From NCBI GenBank assembly GCA_951406725.2, contig OX597834.1, forward strand, positions 5,828,001 through 5,892,000: 64,000 nt of DNA. The letters are read 5' to 3'. This DNA is from Octopus vulgaris. Its lineage: Eukaryota. Below, piece after piece: positions 62,971-64,000 of this stretch. Each line of letters begins with the position of its first letter. The first letter of the stretch is position 1. Below the pieces are notes generated by a model. It was not told the origin of the DNA. It did not search any database and saw only the letters and a list, made by a program, of their open reading frames with translations. The position numbers and the translations under genes were made by a program.

Positions 62971-63197
62971 TACAAGGCGGTGCAGCAAATTTCCTGGCTT
63001 TAAGGGTATCATGAAAGACCTTGTTGGATGCTCAACCTTCCGAGTTCTTTTACAGTGATTAGGAAAATGAAAGGACCACTGCAATAAGTGTGTGAATCTG
63101 AGAGGGGAATATGTTGAGTAAAATCATAATTAACTAATTAATTGATCCTCCTGTATTTTCTTTTACACAAAGCCGGGAACTATTGAGCACCCCCTTG
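62971..63197 (+). mobile_element. Mariner MITE (family of 6143)
   Basis: Decayed TIRs and AATAAGTGTGTGAATCTGAGAGGGGAATATGTTGA (NKCVNLRGEYVE). Confidence 0.7.
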
Positions 63198-63329
63198 TGT
63201 GTGTGTGTGTGTTCCTTGTCTTGCAAACGGTAAACAGTGGCATCAGAGATGATGTCAAACTGTGTTTGCTGGCAGACCACTGCAAAAGCATATCAAGGGT
63301 TCTTGATGTTTTGTAAGATCTCTGTGATC

Positions 63330-63846
63330 AGAAGTGCAAGAGTGGCTGTGTGTTAAGTAGCTTGTTTACCAACCACATGGTTCCAGGTTCAGTCCCACTG
63401 CGTGGCACCTTGGGCAAGTGTCTTTTACTATAGCCTCGGGCTGACCAAACCTTGTGAGTGGATTTGGTAGACGGAAACTGAAAGAAGCCTACCGTATATA
63501 TACTCTCCACTCTTTTACTCTTTTACTTGTTTCAGTCATTTGAATGTGGCCATGCAGGAGCACTGCCTTTGAACAATGTGCTATGCTTACAGCACCTAGG
63601 TTTCTCAAGCAGTCACCAATCTAAGTACTGACTAGGCTCGACGTTGCTTAATTTTGATGATCAGACGAGAACCGGTGCTTTCAACATGATATGGCTGTAG
63701 TGCGTATGTTTTTGTGTGTCTGTCTTTGTCTCCCCAACATCGCTTGACAACCGATGCTGGTGTGTTTACGTCCCCGTTACTTAGCGGTTCGGCAAAAGAG
63801 AATGATAGAATAAGTGCTACGCTTATGACTGAAACAAGTAAAAGAG
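63330..63846 (+). mobile_element. SINE family A split by an inverted 5S chimera
   Basis: Head 63330-63500, remainder 63703-63846. Confidence 0.8.
63583..63702 (-). pseudogene. 5S rRNA: 5S rRNA pseudogene, full length
   Basis: Minus strand CACTACAGCCATATCATGTTGAAAGCACCGGTTCTCGTCTGATCATCAAAATTAAGCAACGTCGAGCCTAGTCAGTACTTAGATTGGTGACTGC...GGTGCTGTAAGCAT, 120 nt, aligns to animal 5S with CpG-type decay. Confidence 0.9.
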
Positions 63847-64000
63847 TCTCATTCATACAGAGTCATTTGTTTCCAGTTCTCCATGATTTTTGTTTCATTG
63901 ACTGAGAGACTATTATTTCACTTGGAAACAGGTGGGACTTGACATCAGGTAAGGCATTCAGGTGTATGTAAGTTAAAAATGTCTGAGCAAGCTTGACCAG

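Overview
AT-rich, repeat-dominated eukaryotic DNA. From recalled repeat families it is most likely a coleoid cephalopod (Octopus) intronic or intergenic region; this assignment is inference. I could not support any host protein-coding exon, and almost all ORFs in the track are microsatellite or SINE artefacts. Contents: ~28 copies of a ~410-bp tRNA/CORE-like SINE (A); ~14 copies of a MetaSINE-like SINE (B), three of them head-to-tail multimers; a tRNA-headed SINE (C) with swappable tails; ~12 (GAT)n-tailed RTE-type retroposons (D); remnants of R4/Dong, RTE, CR1 and Penelope-like retroelements; mariner, hAT and TTAA (piggyBac-type) MITEs; a 23-bp G-rich minisatellite; and many microsatellites. 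Most notable: (1) about ten type-I hammerhead-ribozyme motifs, four or five with intact cores, tied to Penelope remnants that often lie in (TA)n, including fold-back forms; (2) a 5S rRNA copy fused to the SINE-A/LINE 3' tail (SINE3-like chimera); (3) SINE-B multimers with a fixed GGTATT junction that also begins their target-site duplications.
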